Positions 63,879 through 64,000 of a stretch of 64,000 nt of DNA are shown piece by piece. This DNA is from a virus: positions 32,001 through 96,000 of IMG/VR virus record IMGVR_UViG_3300011113_000649. One strand, given 5' to 3'. Position 1 is the stretch's first letter. Each line of letters starts with the position of its first letter. The notes under the pieces were generated by a model that worked only from the letters and a program-made list of their open reading frames with translations, ran no database searches and was not told the DNA's origin. The position numbers and the translations under genes were made by a program.

Positions 63879-64000
63879 TTGAATTTATTGATTTTGTATA
63901 CACATCGTCATACATTCCCTCTGGATAATTATCTTTTGATGGTAATGGAGTTAAATTTACCCTTTTGCTTTCTGGGGAATCTGTTAATTTAATACGTTTT

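Noticed and set aside
318-63992. Many plus-strand ORFs in the track (e.g. 1673, 3589, 11546, 18223, 48423, 57152, 61752)
   Set aside because: Antisense shadows of well-supported minus-strand genes, with no motifs or RBS; only 54530..55168 is credible
1-64000. Stop-codon reassignment
   Set aside because: Core genes are full length in the standard code, TAA, TAG and TGA all end genes, and no suppressor tRNA was seen
1-64000. Firm host assignment
   Set aside because: Gene content is vaguely reminiscent of phages of Planctomycetota or other aquatic bacteria, but nothing here is diagnostic without searches

Overview
A 64-kb segment of a large, AT-rich, lytic-type bacteriophage genome (jumbo/huge-phage style, standard genetic code). 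Genes are densely packed and almost all on the minus strand. Contents by position: (1) ~0-3 kb, tail of a sugar-transfer cluster; (2) 3-14 kb, replisome and recombination (SSB, DnaE-type polymerase split into two genes around a DEDDh exonuclease, Cas4-like nuclease, dNMP kinase, primase, DnaB, RecA); (3) 15-20 kb, HNH, PhoH, class II RNR, dCMP deaminase; (4) 20-29 kb, small membrane proteins, papain-like peptidase, DeoC-like pseudoenzyme, ClpP, sigma factor; (5) 29-40 kb, GMP reductase and a nine-gene glycosyltransferase/methyltransferase island; (6) 40-45 kb, macrodomain, actin-fold ATPase resembling archaeal volactin with a membrane-anchored neighbour, thioredoxin, RuvB with a Zn-finger/RuvA-domain-III partner; (7) 45-64 kb, early-type region with sigma70-like promoters, rIIA/rIIB, a kinase, tRNA-Leu(UAA), tRNA-Ile(UAU), tmRNA, a SPOUT methyltransferase and several homing endonucleases. 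Strongest finding: an ATP-dependent DNA ligase fractured at its active site by a naturally split intein with non-canonical catalytic residues, with a free-standing Vsr-like endonuclease between the halves. Also notable: a long 3' RNA hairpin carrying a perfect 13-nt complement of its own gene's ribosome-binding site and start codon. All family calls come from motif recognition by eye; no database searches were run, and the host cannot be determined from this window.
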